A DNA stretch of 64,000 bases from a virus: the IMG/VR virus record IMGVR_UViG_3300009079_000013. One strand, given 5' to 3'. Positions 21,753 through 32,719 of the stretch are shown here, piece by piece. A program made the translations under genes and the position numbers. Under the pieces are notes generated by a model. That model saw only the letters and a program-made list of their open reading frames with translations. It did no database searches and was not told the DNA's origin. Every line of letters starts with the position of its first letter. The first letter of the stretch is position 1.

Positions 21753-22010
21753 ATGAAAATACTAGACGATAACGAACAAACAGGATCAACACCAGGTCCA
21801 ACTAATAATCCATCGATCAACGCTCACTTAAAGGATGCTGAATGGCTTGCTTGCGAAAAATGTGATTGTAAAACGTTTGTAGAAGCAATGCAAATTAAAA
21901 AAATATCAAAGTTTTTGACAGGTTCAGAAAGAGATAGTATTGCACCTATGCCAGTAATAGCCTGTGCTTCATGTGGACATGTAAATGCTGAAATGCAGCC
22001 TAACTTATAA
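21753..22010 (+). CDS. Small zinc-ribbon protein
   Basis: CEKC ... CASCGH. Confidence 0.7.
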   Translation: MKILDDNEQTGSTPGPTNNPSINAHLKDAEWLACEKCDCKTFVEAMQIKKISKFLTGSERDSIAPMPVIACASCGHVNAEMQPNL

Positions 22011-22019
22011 AAAATACAT

Positions 22020-23435
22020 ATGATAATAGGAAGCGAATATAATGAAAAAATACAATCTTTACTTATCTCATATATAAATGAGGCAGGTAAATGTTCTTTC
22101 ATGAAGAAAAAGTTACATAGATCAGAACTTTTTAACTGGACTATTTCTAAAAATCCTACCGTAGATAAAAATTGGGATGGAAGATTTATTAAAAGAACAC
22201 CTTCATCTGGAAAATGGTTAACTAAAGAACGAGTATTTGAATTAATTCAAACTAAATTTTCAAAAGAAGATTTAAATACTATATACGAGTCTGATTTCAC
22301 TGCAAGTAAAGCATACTTAGATATTGAAATAGAATTAATAAGTGATGATTTTCCAGAAGCAGATAAAGCAGCAATGCCAGTTAATCTTATAACTTTTTGT
22401 AATAGCAATAACGATTGTTACGTGTTAAGCACTATGAAAGATCAAAATACAGGAGATCCTTTATCAATAGACGAACAAAAAACTATCAATGAAGACGTTC
22501 ATACATATTTTAAAAATATAAAAAATACAAAGGAAGGTGATAGAAAAATACTGGATCAAACCTTTAATATAAATTATATACAATTTAGTACTGAGAAAGA
22601 AATGATGGAATGTTTTTTTCATAAAATACTTCCAAAAATACCTCTTATAACTGGTTGGAATGTCATAAATTTTGACTGGATATATTTAATGAATAGATGT
22701 AAAAATATAGGAGTTGATGCATTTTTAAACTTACCGAGTGAAAGAATAGTTTCAAGACATAATAAAGTTCCTATACATACTGCTGTTCTTGATTATATGG
22801 AAATGGTAATGCAAATGAAACCTTATAAAGTAATGGAAAATTACAAATTAGATTATTTTGCTAACCTTTCATTAGGTGTAACTAAACTTAAAAGCAATCA
22901 TAAGTCAATGCGAGAAGCTCAAAAACATGTAGCTGAATTTACTATGTATAACATAATAGACGTATTAATAGTTAAAATGCTAGATGATAAACATGAATTA
23001 CTAGATGTTGCTCTTAGTTTATCAAAAGTGGCAAGGGTTGAAATAAACAAAGTTTTTAACCCTGTTCATATAACGGAAACTTTAATATGCAGAGAATTTT
23101 TATCAAATGGAATGAGAATGGCAAAGGATGGAAAACCTGAGAATGCAAATAAGTCTGGTACTTACGCAGGCGCCTTTGTTATGCCTCCTATACCTGGACA
23201 TTATGATTATGTAGCTTGTTACGATTTTGCCTCAATGTATCCTAATGTTCAAATGCAATTTAATATATCACCGGATTCCTTTTTAGGAAAAGGAAGTATT
23301 AAAAAAACAGGAACAGAAATACCTACAAAAAATGACACATTGTTTTCAGGAGAAAAGGATTCTGTAACCCGTGTCATATTAAATAGGTTATATAATAAAA
23401 GAGTAGAGACAAAGAAAAAAATGAAAACTCTGTGA
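22020..23435 (+). CDS. Family B DNA polymerase, N-terminal part (exonuclease plus motif A) of a split gp43
   Basis: LDIEI, TGWNVINFDW, YKLD, YNIIDV, YAGAFV and YDFASMYP. The ORF ends before motif B. Confidence 0.88.
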   Translation: MIIGSEYNEKIQSLLISYINEAGKCSFMKKKLHRSELFNWTISKNPTVDKNWDGRFIKRTPSSGKWLTKERVFELIQTKFSKEDLNTIYESDFTASKAYLDIEIELISDDFPEADKAAMPVNLITFCNSNNDCYVLSTMKDQNTGDPLSIDEQKTINEDVHTYFKNIKNTKEGDRKILDQTFNINYIQFSTEKEMMECFFHKILPKIPLITGWNVINFDWIYLMNRCKNIGVDAFLNLPSERIVSRHNKVPIHTAVLDYMEMVMQMKPYKVMENYKLDYFANLSLGVTKLKSNHKSMREAQKHVAEFTMYNIIDVLIVKMLDDKHELLDVALSLSKVARVEINKVFNPVHITETLICREFLSNGMRMAKDGKPENANKSGTYAGAFVMPPIPGHYDYVACYDFASMYPNVQMQFNISPDSFLGKGSIKKTGTEIPTKNDTLFSGEKDSVTRVILNRLYNKRVETKKKMKTL

Positions 23436-23535
23436 TAACATATACATATAATATAGACATTAATAATTATTTTACCTATTATAACGTAAGTTGTTCTTAT
23501 GTAAATATTATACCTAAATATGAAATCAGGGAGAT

Positions 23536-24297
23536 ATGATAGGATTTCTAAAAAAAATATTCAATAAAAAAAATAAGAATAGTATGAATACTGAAAGATT
23601 AATAAGCTTAAAAGAAAACTTTACAGGTCAGCAGTTTCAATGGATAAAAACTCCAGATAGAAACTTACTTGGTAAAATAGTCAAATGTAGAGATATAGAA
23701 CCGAAGGGAAGAGGTTTTGTAGCAACTTTTAATGATGGATCTAGTATAAACACTGAATTATTAAATAGAAATTTAATGATGATCACCGAAGGAATGCAAC
23801 CTCTATCTAAATCAGAAGTACAAGCTATAGCAGGTCCCCCTGTTCCCACTAGCGTACCTAATTCCAATGAAACATTAAAAGCAGGTCCAACTGGAAGCGG
23901 GCCTATTCAAATGCCAGATAACTTGAAACAATTTCAAACGCCTCCTTCTCAAAAAATAACTGAACCTGCTAAAGACAAGGTAGGAGAAAACCCATATACA
24001 AAACAAACCCCTGTTCATGCAACAAATATGTTTAGCATGTTTAACGCAGACGAAACTACCTTAAATATTTCAGTTAGCTTAAAGTTACCTAATAAGAAAC
24101 TTCTTAAGATGATGTATGAAAACGCAGATAATAAAGAAGTATTCTTATCTGATCTATCTCAATACGTTTATTCAAAGATAAATAATAACATAGTTAAAGA
24201 ATCTCTTAAAAACAATTTAGTCCCACTTAAAAAAAAGACTAAAACTAACAAGACAACCGAAGTAACTATAACTGAAATAACAGATAATCATGAATAA
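23536..24297 (+). CDS. Hypothetical protein
   Basis: 253-aa ORF with a Pro-rich linker; alternative start at 23584. Confidence 0.65.
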   Translation: MIGFLKKIFNKKNKNSMNTERLISLKENFTGQQFQWIKTPDRNLLGKIVKCRDIEPKGRGFVATFNDGSSINTELLNRNLMMITEGMQPLSKSEVQAIAGPPVPTSVPNSNETLKAGPTGSGPIQMPDNLKQFQTPPSQKITEPAKDKVGENPYTKQTPVHATNMFSMFNADETTLNISVSLKLPNKKLLKMMYENADNKEVFLSDLSQYVYSKINNNIVKESLKNNLVPLKKKTKTNKTTEVTITEITDNHE

Positions 24298-24853
24298 AGA
24301 AGAAAATATCAAACAATTATTATATTCAAATGATGACAATCTAGAAGTAAATTGGATATCTCAAGGAAAATCTGGATTTCAAAGAACTAGCGACTCCAAA
24401 GAAGCTATTTCTATTTTATTATTTGACTTGACAGATGGAATGAAAATTAACAACATATATTTGTTAAATCAAGCGGACTATTTAAATGGAAAAGAATGTT
24501 CTTCATGCTTAATAGAAGACATTAACTATAAAATAGAAGACAATGAATACGATACTTTTTTGAGATGCATTCATAAAGATTTAAACATAAAAAAACCTAA
24601 TGTAGATCATTGTTATTATTTAGGTAAGGTTAATCACAACATACCTTTTAAAAAGACATATAATGCATATGCTCTTTGTTTAAACGATTATATAAAATCT
24701 CCAAAGGGATTCAAATTAGATATCCCAGAAGGTGATATCAATGGAAATCATTATTCCTTGAAAAAAATGAAATTTTCAAGAGTAATAAAAGGCGAATGCG
24801 AAGACTCACTAGTCTTATCTAGTTGTATGCTTCTTCTTTCGTATTTATCTTAA
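24290..24853 (+). CDS. Hypothetical protein, possibly a degenerate Nudix fold
   Basis: EDNEYDTFLRCIHKDLNI..YYLGKV sits where a Nudix box would be. Confidence 0.45.
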   Translation: MNKEENIKQLLYSNDDNLEVNWISQGKSGFQRTSDSKEAISILLFDLTDGMKINNIYLLNQADYLNGKECSSCLIEDINYKIEDNEYDTFLRCIHKDLNIKKPNVDHCYYLGKVNHNIPFKKTYNAYALCLNDYIKSPKGFKLDIPEGDINGNHYSLKKMKFSRVIKGECEDSLVLSSCMLLLSYLS

Positions 24854-24987
24854 TACACCTTATATATGATATAATAATTCATAAGGAATTAAATAATGAG
24901 CGCGTTTATTTTAAATTTTAGTAAATAAGAATAAATGTATGAAAACCCACGCATCTTTTTTAGTACAAAAATAAAAATATAACAAAC

Positions 24988-26196
24988 ATGAGTAGAAGTA
25001 CAGCAGATACATTAGCAGCTTTTAGTAAATTTAACGACAAGTTAGCAAAAGAAACAAAAGGAAGAGTAAAATTAAGAGGATTTTCTGATATAGATGAATT
25101 TATTCATACTGGAAATTATTTACTTAACGCTCAAATGTCAGGTAGCCTAAGAGGCGGATATCCAAATGCTAGAAGTTTAGGCGTATCTGGAGATTCTGGA
25201 ACAGGTAAAACCTTCTTAGCGATGAACGCAGTTCATAACGCACAAAAACAGGGATACGTTGCTTTTTATATAGATTCAGAGGGAGCTTTAGATTCAAAAG
25301 ACTTTGAAAACTTTGGAATAGATATGAGTCTTTTAAATTATAAAAGAATGGCAAAAATATCAGAAGTAAAGTTTTACATAAATGATATTATAAAAACAGC
25401 TGAGGCAAATCCAGGTTTAAAAATGATATTGGTTGTAGATTCTTTAACTCACTTGAACACAGATAAAGAAGTAAACGATATTAGTAAAGGAAGCAACGCT
25501 CAAGATATGGGACTAAGAGCAAAAGAGTTAAGAGCTCTTTTCAAATCATTTACACTAGACTTATCTAATTTAAAAATACCTTTAATTTTTACCGCCCATA
25601 ACTATGCAGGACAGGATCAATATGCTGGAAAAACAATGTCAGGCGGAGGTGGTCCTTTGTATGCCGCTTCAGTAGTAATGATGTTGGCTAAAGGACATCT
25701 TAAAGATGATGAAGAAGATGAAAAAAAGAAAACTGGAGTAATAGTTAGATGTAATACCGATAAGAATCGTTTAGCTAAACCTGAAAGAATAGAATTCCAT
25801 ATAGGTTTTCACAAAGGAATGAATCCATATGTTGGATTACAGGATTACATTAGCTGGGATGCATGTGGAGTAGGTAGAGGAAGTGTTATATCCGAAAAAG
25901 AATTTAGTAAGCTTTCAGAATCAGATCAAGCACAGTGTAGACCTTTTAAAGAAGGAGATAAAGATGTATATTTTCAACCTAAAAAATCAGCACGAAACTA
26001 TATAAACAAATGGACAGGCGATAGGATACCTTGGAGGGAAATATTTACAGAAAAGGTATTTACCGATAAAGTAATAGATGAACTTGATGAAAACGTAATA
26101 AAGCCAAAGTTTAAATATAGTTCTATCTCAGAAGTTTTAAAAGATGAATTAGAGGAATTAGAAGACTCTTTTGAAATAGAAGCTAGCGATGATTGA
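24988..26196 (+). CDS. uvsX: RecA/UvsX recombinase
   Basis: TGNYLLN, GDSGTGKT, IDSEGAL, VVDSL and SGGGGPLYAAS. Confidence 0.92.
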   Translation: MSRSTADTLAAFSKFNDKLAKETKGRVKLRGFSDIDEFIHTGNYLLNAQMSGSLRGGYPNARSLGVSGDSGTGKTFLAMNAVHNAQKQGYVAFYIDSEGALDSKDFENFGIDMSLLNYKRMAKISEVKFYINDIIKTAEANPGLKMILVVDSLTHLNTDKEVNDISKGSNAQDMGLRAKELRALFKSFTLDLSNLKIPLIFTAHNYAGQDQYAGKTMSGGGGPLYAASVVMMLAKGHLKDDEEDEKKKTGVIVRCNTDKNRLAKPERIEFHIGFHKGMNPYVGLQDYISWDACGVGRGSVISEKEFSKLSESDQAQCRPFKEGDKDVYFQPKKSARNYINKWTGDRIPWREIFTEKVFTDKVIDELDENVIKPKFKYSSISEVLKDELEELEDSFEIEASDD

Positions 26197-26533
26197 ACTC
26201 AAAAAAAATCTTGAATTAAAGTATTATTTAAATATGCACTTAAATAGTGCTTTACTTGAAAAGGAATCTATATTGTTTGAGATAATAAATTACATATTAG
26301 AAAACAATACTAAAGACAAAGAAGTAACTTACAAAAATTGTAAATTTTCAACTAAGACTTTAAAATATATTTTTGGCGAAAGATTTGTAACTGATGAATC
26401 AAAAGATAGTATAATATACATGATAAAGGGATTGGTTGAAGATGGATACATAGACGTAAACTCTAAAACCTTCCATATATCTAAAAAAGGAATAGGTAAA
26501 TTCTATAACATAACTGAAAAATATAAAGCATGA
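26189..26533 (+). CDS. Hypothetical protein (possible winged helix)
   Basis: Lies between uvsX and the helicase. C-terminal LVEDGYI..FHISKKG. Confidence 0.55.
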   Translation: MIELKKNLELKYYLNMHLNSALLEKESILFEIINYILENNTKDKEVTYKNCKFSTKTLKYIFGERFVTDESKDSIIYMIKGLVEDGYIDVNSKTFHISKKGIGKFYNITEKYKA

Positions 26534-28035
26534 TAGACTTCATAGAAAACATTGAGCTTCTTGAAAAAATGGTTTGGAACTTTGTTTTAAACCCAAATGC
26601 AGATGAAGATTTATTAAAACCTTCTAATTCCGAAGAATATCTAGATAAAAAAGATTTAATAAGTAAAATCAAAGCTAAATATTTTTCAAATGAAGATTTA
26701 CAAGTTACTTGGAAGTATGCTACTCTATATTATAAAGACCATAAAAAAATACCTACTAAAAAAGAATTAAAAGTATTTCTAGGCCTTAAGAATGAAGAAA
26801 TAGATCAATTAGTTTTAGACGAGATTTATAACTATAACTTGTCTGATCATAATTATAGTTTTTTATATAAGTATGTAAAAGCTTTTGTTTTGTTAAGAGG
26901 ATTTAACATATTATTAATAGATATGTTAACTACTTTGAAAACTACTAACGTTAATCCTGAAAACATAGAACAGGTTATTGAAAGCGTTAGAAATAAAATG
27001 AACGATAAGTTATCTATTAATTTTGAAAATGGCAAGTCAGGGCTTAACTTTTTAAATCCAATGCACCACATTCAAATATCTAAAGAAGGTTGTCCATCAG
27101 GTTTTAAATTCTTTGATAAGACACAGGGAGGAGGTTGGAATGCAAAATCATTAGTTGTTTTTCAAGGTAGACCAAAAGTAGGAAAATCAATAGTTCTTGG
27201 AAATATAGCAACACGTTCTTTTCTAGCTGGAAATAACACAGGGGTAGTCACCGTTGAATTATCTGAAGGTAAATACATGAAAAGATTAGGTTCAAACATA
27301 TTGGGTATTGAAACTATCAAATATGATGCCTTTACTAATGAAAAGGCAATGGCTATGGTTCAAGGAAAATTAAAAGAACTTAAAGATTCTGGAAAACAAT
27401 ACGGAGAACTTTTAATAAAAGAATTTGCAACAGGTGGCGCAACCGCTATTGATGTAGAAAATTACTTTATTAGACAGGAAAAAGAAATGAATAAAAAGTT
27501 TACCGTAATCGTTGTTGATTATATAAACTTAATGAGACCTATTACTGAACAGGGAGGTTTGTATGAAAAGATAAAAGTAATATCCGAAGAATTAAGAGGA
27601 GTTGCTATGAGAAATAAATGGTGTATAATAACAGCTACTCAAATTAAAAGAGATGCTATCGATGACTTTGATTTAGGAATGGATTCAGTAGCTGAATCTT
27701 TTGGGTTAATACATACAGTAGATGCATTATACGGGTTAATGCGAGGTCCTCTTGAATCAAGAATGAAAATAAAACTTATAGCAAATCGTGATAATGGATA
27801 CGAAGAAAGTTATAAATTTTATGATATGAAAAAAGACTATATGAGATTAGATGAATCGTTTGGAGAAAATAGCGAATATTACAGCGATGATGACTCAACT
27901 AACAACATGGAAACTGAATTAAGAGATTCTTATAAAAATATTAACTCTGTTAAATCTGATGATATTGATTCTAATAACCAAGAGCACACGTCTACTAAGT
28001 TAGATGACTACACTGACTTGCTTAGTCAGATATAA
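26530..28035 (+). CDS. Replicative DnaB-like helicase (gp41-like)
   Basis: GRPKVGKS, ELSE, VVDYINLM, TATQ and ESFGL. Confidence 0.92.
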   Translation: MIDFIENIELLEKMVWNFVLNPNADEDLLKPSNSEEYLDKKDLISKIKAKYFSNEDLQVTWKYATLYYKDHKKIPTKKELKVFLGLKNEEIDQLVLDEIYNYNLSDHNYSFLYKYVKAFVLLRGFNILLIDMLTTLKTTNVNPENIEQVIESVRNKMNDKLSINFENGKSGLNFLNPMHHIQISKEGCPSGFKFFDKTQGGGWNAKSLVVFQGRPKVGKSIVLGNIATRSFLAGNNTGVVTVELSEGKYMKRLGSNILGIETIKYDAFTNEKAMAMVQGKLKELKDSGKQYGELLIKEFATGGATAIDVENYFIRQEKEMNKKFTVIVVDYINLMRPITEQGGLYEKIKVISEELRGVAMRNKWCIITATQIKRDAIDDFDLGMDSVAESFGLIHTVDALYGLMRGPLESRMKIKLIANRDNGYEESYKFYDMKKDYMRLDESFGENSEYYSDDDSTNNMETELRDSYKNINSVKSDDIDSNNQEHTSTKLDDYTDLLSQI

Positions 28036-28054
28036 AAAAGTATTGAATAATAAT

Positions 28055-28597
28055 ATGAAAAAAAAAGAAGTTGATTCTAAAGCTAAAAAAATAGCAGCCG
28101 CAGAAAAAAGAGAAGATAAAATATTTAATAATAGATATAATCAAGGAGAAGGTTTAAAAGACCCAAATGACTACGAATACAATAGAAATATACAGGTCGA
28201 AGCTAATTACTCTAAAAGTTATCTAAATGATTTGTATGATTATGAAAACAATGTCGAATATAAAATTTTTTTAGATCACATATTTAAAATAATAAAAGAA
28301 AACATTGAATTATCTAAAATGGTACAAGAAAAAGAAGGTACCAGAAATAAGTTCAACAAAGATGAAGTTAATTTTATTTTTGAAAAAGTTAGCCGTGTAT
28401 TAGAAACACAGAAAGAATACGAAACTTTTTCAAATCCTATATACATATTAGAAGCTATTTCTAATGTAACTGCAATGGACTATAAAAAAATATTTGATTT
28501 TTTAGAATACACTCATAAGGAACTTCTTTTATCTGAGCTTAATAAAAAATACAAATTCCTAGATTGGAAGATGAATAAGAATAACAAAATGTTTTAA
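28055..28597 (+). CDS. Hypothetical protein
   Basis: Operonic ORF; the ATG at 28055 is preferred. Confidence 0.65.
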   Translation: MKKKEVDSKAKKIAAAEKREDKIFNNRYNQGEGLKDPNDYEYNRNIQVEANYSKSYLNDLYDYENNVEYKIFLDHIFKIIKENIELSKMVQEKEGTRNKFNKDEVNFIFEKVSRVLETQKEYETFSNPIYILEAISNVTAMDYKKIFDFLEYTHKELLLSELNKKYKFLDWKMNKNNKMF

Positions 28598-29737
28598 ATG
28601 ATATCACTGGAAAAAATAAACAAAATATTCCTTTTAGGAGACCTTCACTTAGGCATACGTAACAATTCTGTAGAATGGGCTAATTCTCAAAAGTCTTATT
28701 TAATCGAGCATTTTTTAAATGACATAACTAAACATAATTTTAACGAAGATACCGATATTCTAATACAAGAAGGTGATTGGTTTCATAACCGTGAGCATAC
28801 TAATAATAGAATATGGAGCGATTCTTTAGAAATATTAAGCGCTTTATCTAAAAAATTTAAACGTGGTGTTTATATTATTTTAGGAAATCATGATGTTTAT
28901 TATAAAGATAATAATAGTATTCATTCTTTAAAGGGCATAGAAAAAATATTTCCTAATATACATGTATTTGAAAAATCTGAAATTCTAAGCCTTAATTCTA
29001 TTCATAAATTTTTAATGCTTCCTTGGATAGAAGACGAAGTTAAAATAACTAAGGAAGTAAAATCTTACGTAGGAAAGGTTGATTATATAATATGCCATGC
29101 AGACATTAAAAACTTTAAATTAAATAAATGGGTAAAGTTACACTCTGGATTAGACACAAAACTATTAAGTAATTTTTCTAGAGTATTCTCAGGTCATATT
29201 CATATACATCAGGAAGACGGAAACGTATTATACACTGGAACACCTTTTGAATTAGATAGAGGTGATAGGGGTAACTCAAAAGGCTATCATGTAATAGATT
29301 TAATTAATGAAAATGGAAAAAGTAAAATATTAGAAACATTTGAAGAAAACAACTTTTCACCAAGATTTATTAAAGTAGACGCATTTGATTTATTAGATAT
29401 GAAATTAAATGATATCAAAAGCATGTTTGATAACAATTACGTTGATATAATGATGCGCATAGATAAAGCTTCTTCTTTTCCTGTTACTAAATTTATGGAC
29501 TTAGTAGAAGGTTTTAATTATAAAAAAATAGAAATAGCTACATACAATCCTACTATAAAAGAAAACATAAAAGAAGAAGAGAAAAGCATAGAAGAAATAA
29601 AAGATTATGATATACATGATATTTTTATAAAGTCTCTATCTGAGCGAGAATACCCTGAATCATATAACAACACTATGAAAATGTATTTTCAAAAATTAAG
29701 TGATAGGGTAAAAAATAAAGAAAAAAACTATGAGTAA
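28598..29737 (+). CDS. Mre11/SbcD-like nuclease (gp47)
   Basis: GDLHLG, GDWFH, GNHD and SGHIH. Confidence 0.92.
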   Translation: MISLEKINKIFLLGDLHLGIRNNSVEWANSQKSYLIEHFLNDITKHNFNEDTDILIQEGDWFHNREHTNNRIWSDSLEILSALSKKFKRGVYIILGNHDVYYKDNNSIHSLKGIEKIFPNIHVFEKSEILSLNSIHKFLMLPWIEDEVKITKEVKSYVGKVDYIICHADIKNFKLNKWVKLHSGLDTKLLSNFSRVFSGHIHIHQEDGNVLYTGTPFELDRGDRGNSKGYHVIDLINENGKSKILETFEENNFSPRFIKVDAFDLLDMKLNDIKSMFDNNYVDIMMRIDKASSFPVTKFMDLVEGFNYKKIEIATYNPTIKENIKEEEKSIEEIKDYDIHDIFIKSLSEREYPESYNNTMKMYFQKLSDRVKNKEKNYE

Positions 29738-30092
29738 CCTATACAACTATAGAGCAAAGTTAGATAGAGTAGTAGATGGCGATACTATAGATGCTTTAGT
29801 GGATTTAGGATTCGATACTTGGAAAAAAGTTAGAATTAGAATGATGGGAATGAATGCTCCAGAATCTAGAACAAGAGATAAAGAAGAAAAGAAGAAAGGT
29901 TTAGCTGCTAAAAAGTATTTGCAAACTCTTTTAGAATCTTACGATTTTGTTTTTATTTTGAAATCACATGGAGTTGGAAAATTTGGAAGGTGTTTAGGTG
30001 AAATATTATTTGAAGATTCTGACATAAGCGCAAATCAAATAATGATAAACGAAGGACACGCAGTAGAATATCATGGAGGTAAACGAAAATAA
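29730..30092 (+). CDS. Thermonuclease (SNase) family protein
   Basis: RVVDGDTID, RIRMMGMNAPE and KFGRCLG. Confidence 0.88.
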   Translation: MSNLYNYRAKLDRVVDGDTIDALVDLGFDTWKKVRIRMMGMNAPESRTRDKEEKKKGLAAKKYLQTLLESYDFVFILKSHGVGKFGRCLGEILFEDSDISANQIMINEGHAVEYHGGKRK

Positions 30093-30095
30093 TAT

Positions 30096-31772
30096 ATGAA
30101 ATTATTAAAAATAGCTTGGAGAAACATATGTTCATATGGAAATAAATTGCAAGAATTTACATTTTCAAATGATCCAGAACTAATATTAGTAGAAGGTAAA
30201 AATGGAAGCGGTAAATCTTCAATAAAAGAAGCCTTGACTATTTCATTATATGGAAAATCAGCAGTTAGGAAAACAAAAGACATACCTAATAGGGTTAATA
30301 AAAACGCCTATACGTGTATAGATTTCTTGTCTCCTTCTGGAAACAATATACGTTTAGAGAGAGGTATTGATCCTAATTATACGAATCTGACTATAGATGG
30401 CTCTTCTCATAACCTACCTGATAAACGTAAAGTAGATTCCTTCGTAGAAGATGAACTTTTAGATTTTCCATTTTCTGTTTTTTCAAATACAATAAGCTTA
30501 TCGTTTGAAGATTTTAAGTCCTTTATAAAATTAACACCAACGGATAAAAGAAAAATAATAGATAGAATATTCGGTACAGACATTTTAACTGAAATGTCTA
30601 ATCAAGTAAAAGAAGACTCTAAAGAAAGCAAATCTAACATTGCATTTATTGAGTCTGATATTGAAAGCAATAAGGAAACGTTAAATAAATCAAAGGAACA
30701 ATTAGATATATTAAAAAATAGTATAACTAAAGAGAACACTGAGGAAATATCTACAAAGCTAAATGAAATAAGCTTAAAGAGCGTTGAAGTAAGTACTAAT
30801 AAAAAAATACTAATTTCATTAAATAAAGATATTGAATCTTTGAAAAAAGAATCATCCGAAATTGTATCTATATACGCTAAGAACAGTGCTGCTTTAAGTG
30901 AAATAGCTAAAAAATTGGAAATATATGAATTAAGTAAATGTCCGCATTGTTTAAGTGATTTAACAGATAATGGTCATCATGAAATTAAAAAAGCAATATT
31001 AGAAAAACAAGATATTTTTAAAAAAAGAGTACCTATTTTAGAAAAAAAGATAAGCGAGGCCTCTGAAATTTTAAAACAACATCAACAGAATTCAGATTCG
31101 CACAAATCAAAAGTATCAAAGCTCAATTTAGACATAATAAACCTACAGGAAGCAATAGAAAACTTAAAGTCTAAGGACAACACTAAGCAAACGTCTGCTT
31201 TATCTAATATCATATCAAATATAGAGGAAAAGGTTACTAAGTCTAATGAAAAATTAAGCAAAACTATTAAAAAACAAGAAATTTTTACAGATATGTTAGG
31301 TTTCTTGTCTGATTCAGGTATAAAACAAAGCCTAATGGATAAAATAATGCCTGTTCTTAATTCAAAAATATTAGGAATTAGTAAAAAGTTAGACTTTAAA
31401 TTTAGTTTTGAATTTGATAGCCAATTTAATCCAATTATTTCACATTTAGGCGAAGAAATAGCTCCCGATAGTTTATCAACTGGCGAACAAAAGAAAATGA
31501 ATCTCATAGTACTTTTGGCTATGTTAGAATTAATAAAAATGAAGAATCATCAAATAAATGTATTATTTTTAGATGAAATTTTTAGTTCTTTAGATAAAGA
31601 TAGCATATATAAAACAATAGAGATACTAAAAGATTTTTCAAAGGAACATGGTCTTACTGTTTTTGTTATTTCACACGACCCTCTACCTGAGGAGTTATTC
31701 AGTAAAAAAATAAGCATAGAAAAAACTAACTTTTTCTCTGAAATGACTATTACATCAGCCACAGAAGGTTAA
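30096..31772 (+). CDS. Rad50/SbcC-like ATPase (gp46)
   Basis: GKNGSGKS, CPHC zinc hook, LSTGE, FLDE and VISH. Confidence 0.93.
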   Translation: MKLLKIAWRNICSYGNKLQEFTFSNDPELILVEGKNGSGKSSIKEALTISLYGKSAVRKTKDIPNRVNKNAYTCIDFLSPSGNNIRLERGIDPNYTNLTIDGSSHNLPDKRKVDSFVEDELLDFPFSVFSNTISLSFEDFKSFIKLTPTDKRKIIDRIFGTDILTEMSNQVKEDSKESKSNIAFIESDIESNKETLNKSKEQLDILKNSITKENTEEISTKLNEISLKSVEVSTNKKILISLNKDIESLKKESSEIVSIYAKNSAALSEIAKKLEIYELSKCPHCLSDLTDNGHHEIKKAILEKQDIFKKRVPILEKKISEASEILKQHQQNSDSHKSKVSKLNLDIINLQEAIENLKSKDNTKQTSALSNIISNIEEKVTKSNEKLSKTIKKQEIFTDMLGFLSDSGIKQSLMDKIMPVLNSKILGISKKLDFKFSFEFDSQFNPIISHLGEEIAPDSLSTGEQKKMNLIVLLAMLELIKMKNHQINVLFLDEIFSSLDKDSIYKTIEILKDFSKEHGLTVFVISHDPLPEELFSKKISIEKTNFFSEMTITSATEG

Positions 31773-31807
31773 TTAAAACCTATAACTTATTTATTGTATA
31801 ATATTTT

Positions 31808-32719
31808 ATGAAAGTATATTCAAAAGACACGTTCGCAGAGTCATACAGACAACTATTAGCCGATTTAATGGGACCTAATGGTAAAAAAAGTGATCCTAGA
31901 TCAACATCAACTAAAGAAATAATAGATGTATGTTTAGAAATAAAGAATCCAATAGATTGTCTTTATTCTAACAAAATAAGGTCTTCCCAGAAGAAATATA
32001 TTGCAGCAGAATTAATATGGTATTTTCTAGGAAGAAATGATGTAGATTTTATAAGCAAATACGCTAAATTTTGGAAAACTATACAAAATAAGGATGGCAC
32101 TGTAAATTCTGCTTACGGAAACCTAATATTTAAAGAAGAAAATAACCATATGTATACCGAGTATACATGGGCCCTTAAATCTTTACAAGAAGATATGAAT
32201 TCTAGGCAAGCCGTTATGCACTTTAACAAACCTAGTCATCAATGGGATGGAAATAAAGATTTTGTATGTACTATGTATGCTAGTTTCCTAATAAGAAACA
32301 ATAAACTTAGAATGTCTGTTAAAATGAGAAGTAATGACGTAATGTTAGGAATGCCAACTGACATTGCATTTTTTACTACTTTACAACAACAAATGTTAAA
32401 CCATTTACGAAAAACATCGTATCCAGATCTTGAAATAGGAACATATTCTCATGTAGTAGATTCTATGCACATATATAAGCGAGATTTTGAAAAAGCGCTA
32501 GACATGTTGCATTATTCTTTTGAAAACGTACAAATGCCAGTATTGGATAATGATTTAATAGATACAAATGGTTTACCAACCGATGTTCTTAAAAAACTAG
32601 AGCTTTTACATGAATTTAATGATTTAGAAGATCATTATACTCCAAATGAATTAGATGGAAAAATAATCGATTGGATATATGTAAACTTGACTGGAATAAA
32701 AACAGCTAAACTATATTAA
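31808..32719 (+). CDS. Thymidylate-synthase-family enzyme, probably a dCMP hydroxymethylase/methylase
   Basis: SRQAV, DFVCT, MRSNDVMLGMPTD (Asp at the specificity position) and SMHIY. Confidence 0.8.
   Translation: MKVYSKDTFAESYRQLLADLMGPNGKKSDPRSTSTKEIIDVCLEIKNPIDCLYSNKIRSSQKKYIAAELIWYFLGRNDVDFISKYAKFWKTIQNKDGTVNSAYGNLIFKEENNHMYTEYTWALKSLQEDMNSRQAVMHFNKPSHQWDGNKDFVCTMYASFLIRNNKLRMSVKMRSNDVMLGMPTDIAFFTTLQQQMLNHLRKTSYPDLEIGTYSHVVDSMHIYKRDFEKALDMLHYSFENVQMPVLDNDLIDTNGLPTDVLKKLELLHEFNDLEDHYTPNELDGKIIDWIYVNLTGIKTAKLY

Noticed and set aside
23436-23535. Intron, intein or frameshift continuing the DNA polymerase
   Set aside because: The ORF ends in a double stop, the AT-rich gap has no motif B, there is no group I core or intein motif, and the next ORF is unrelated.
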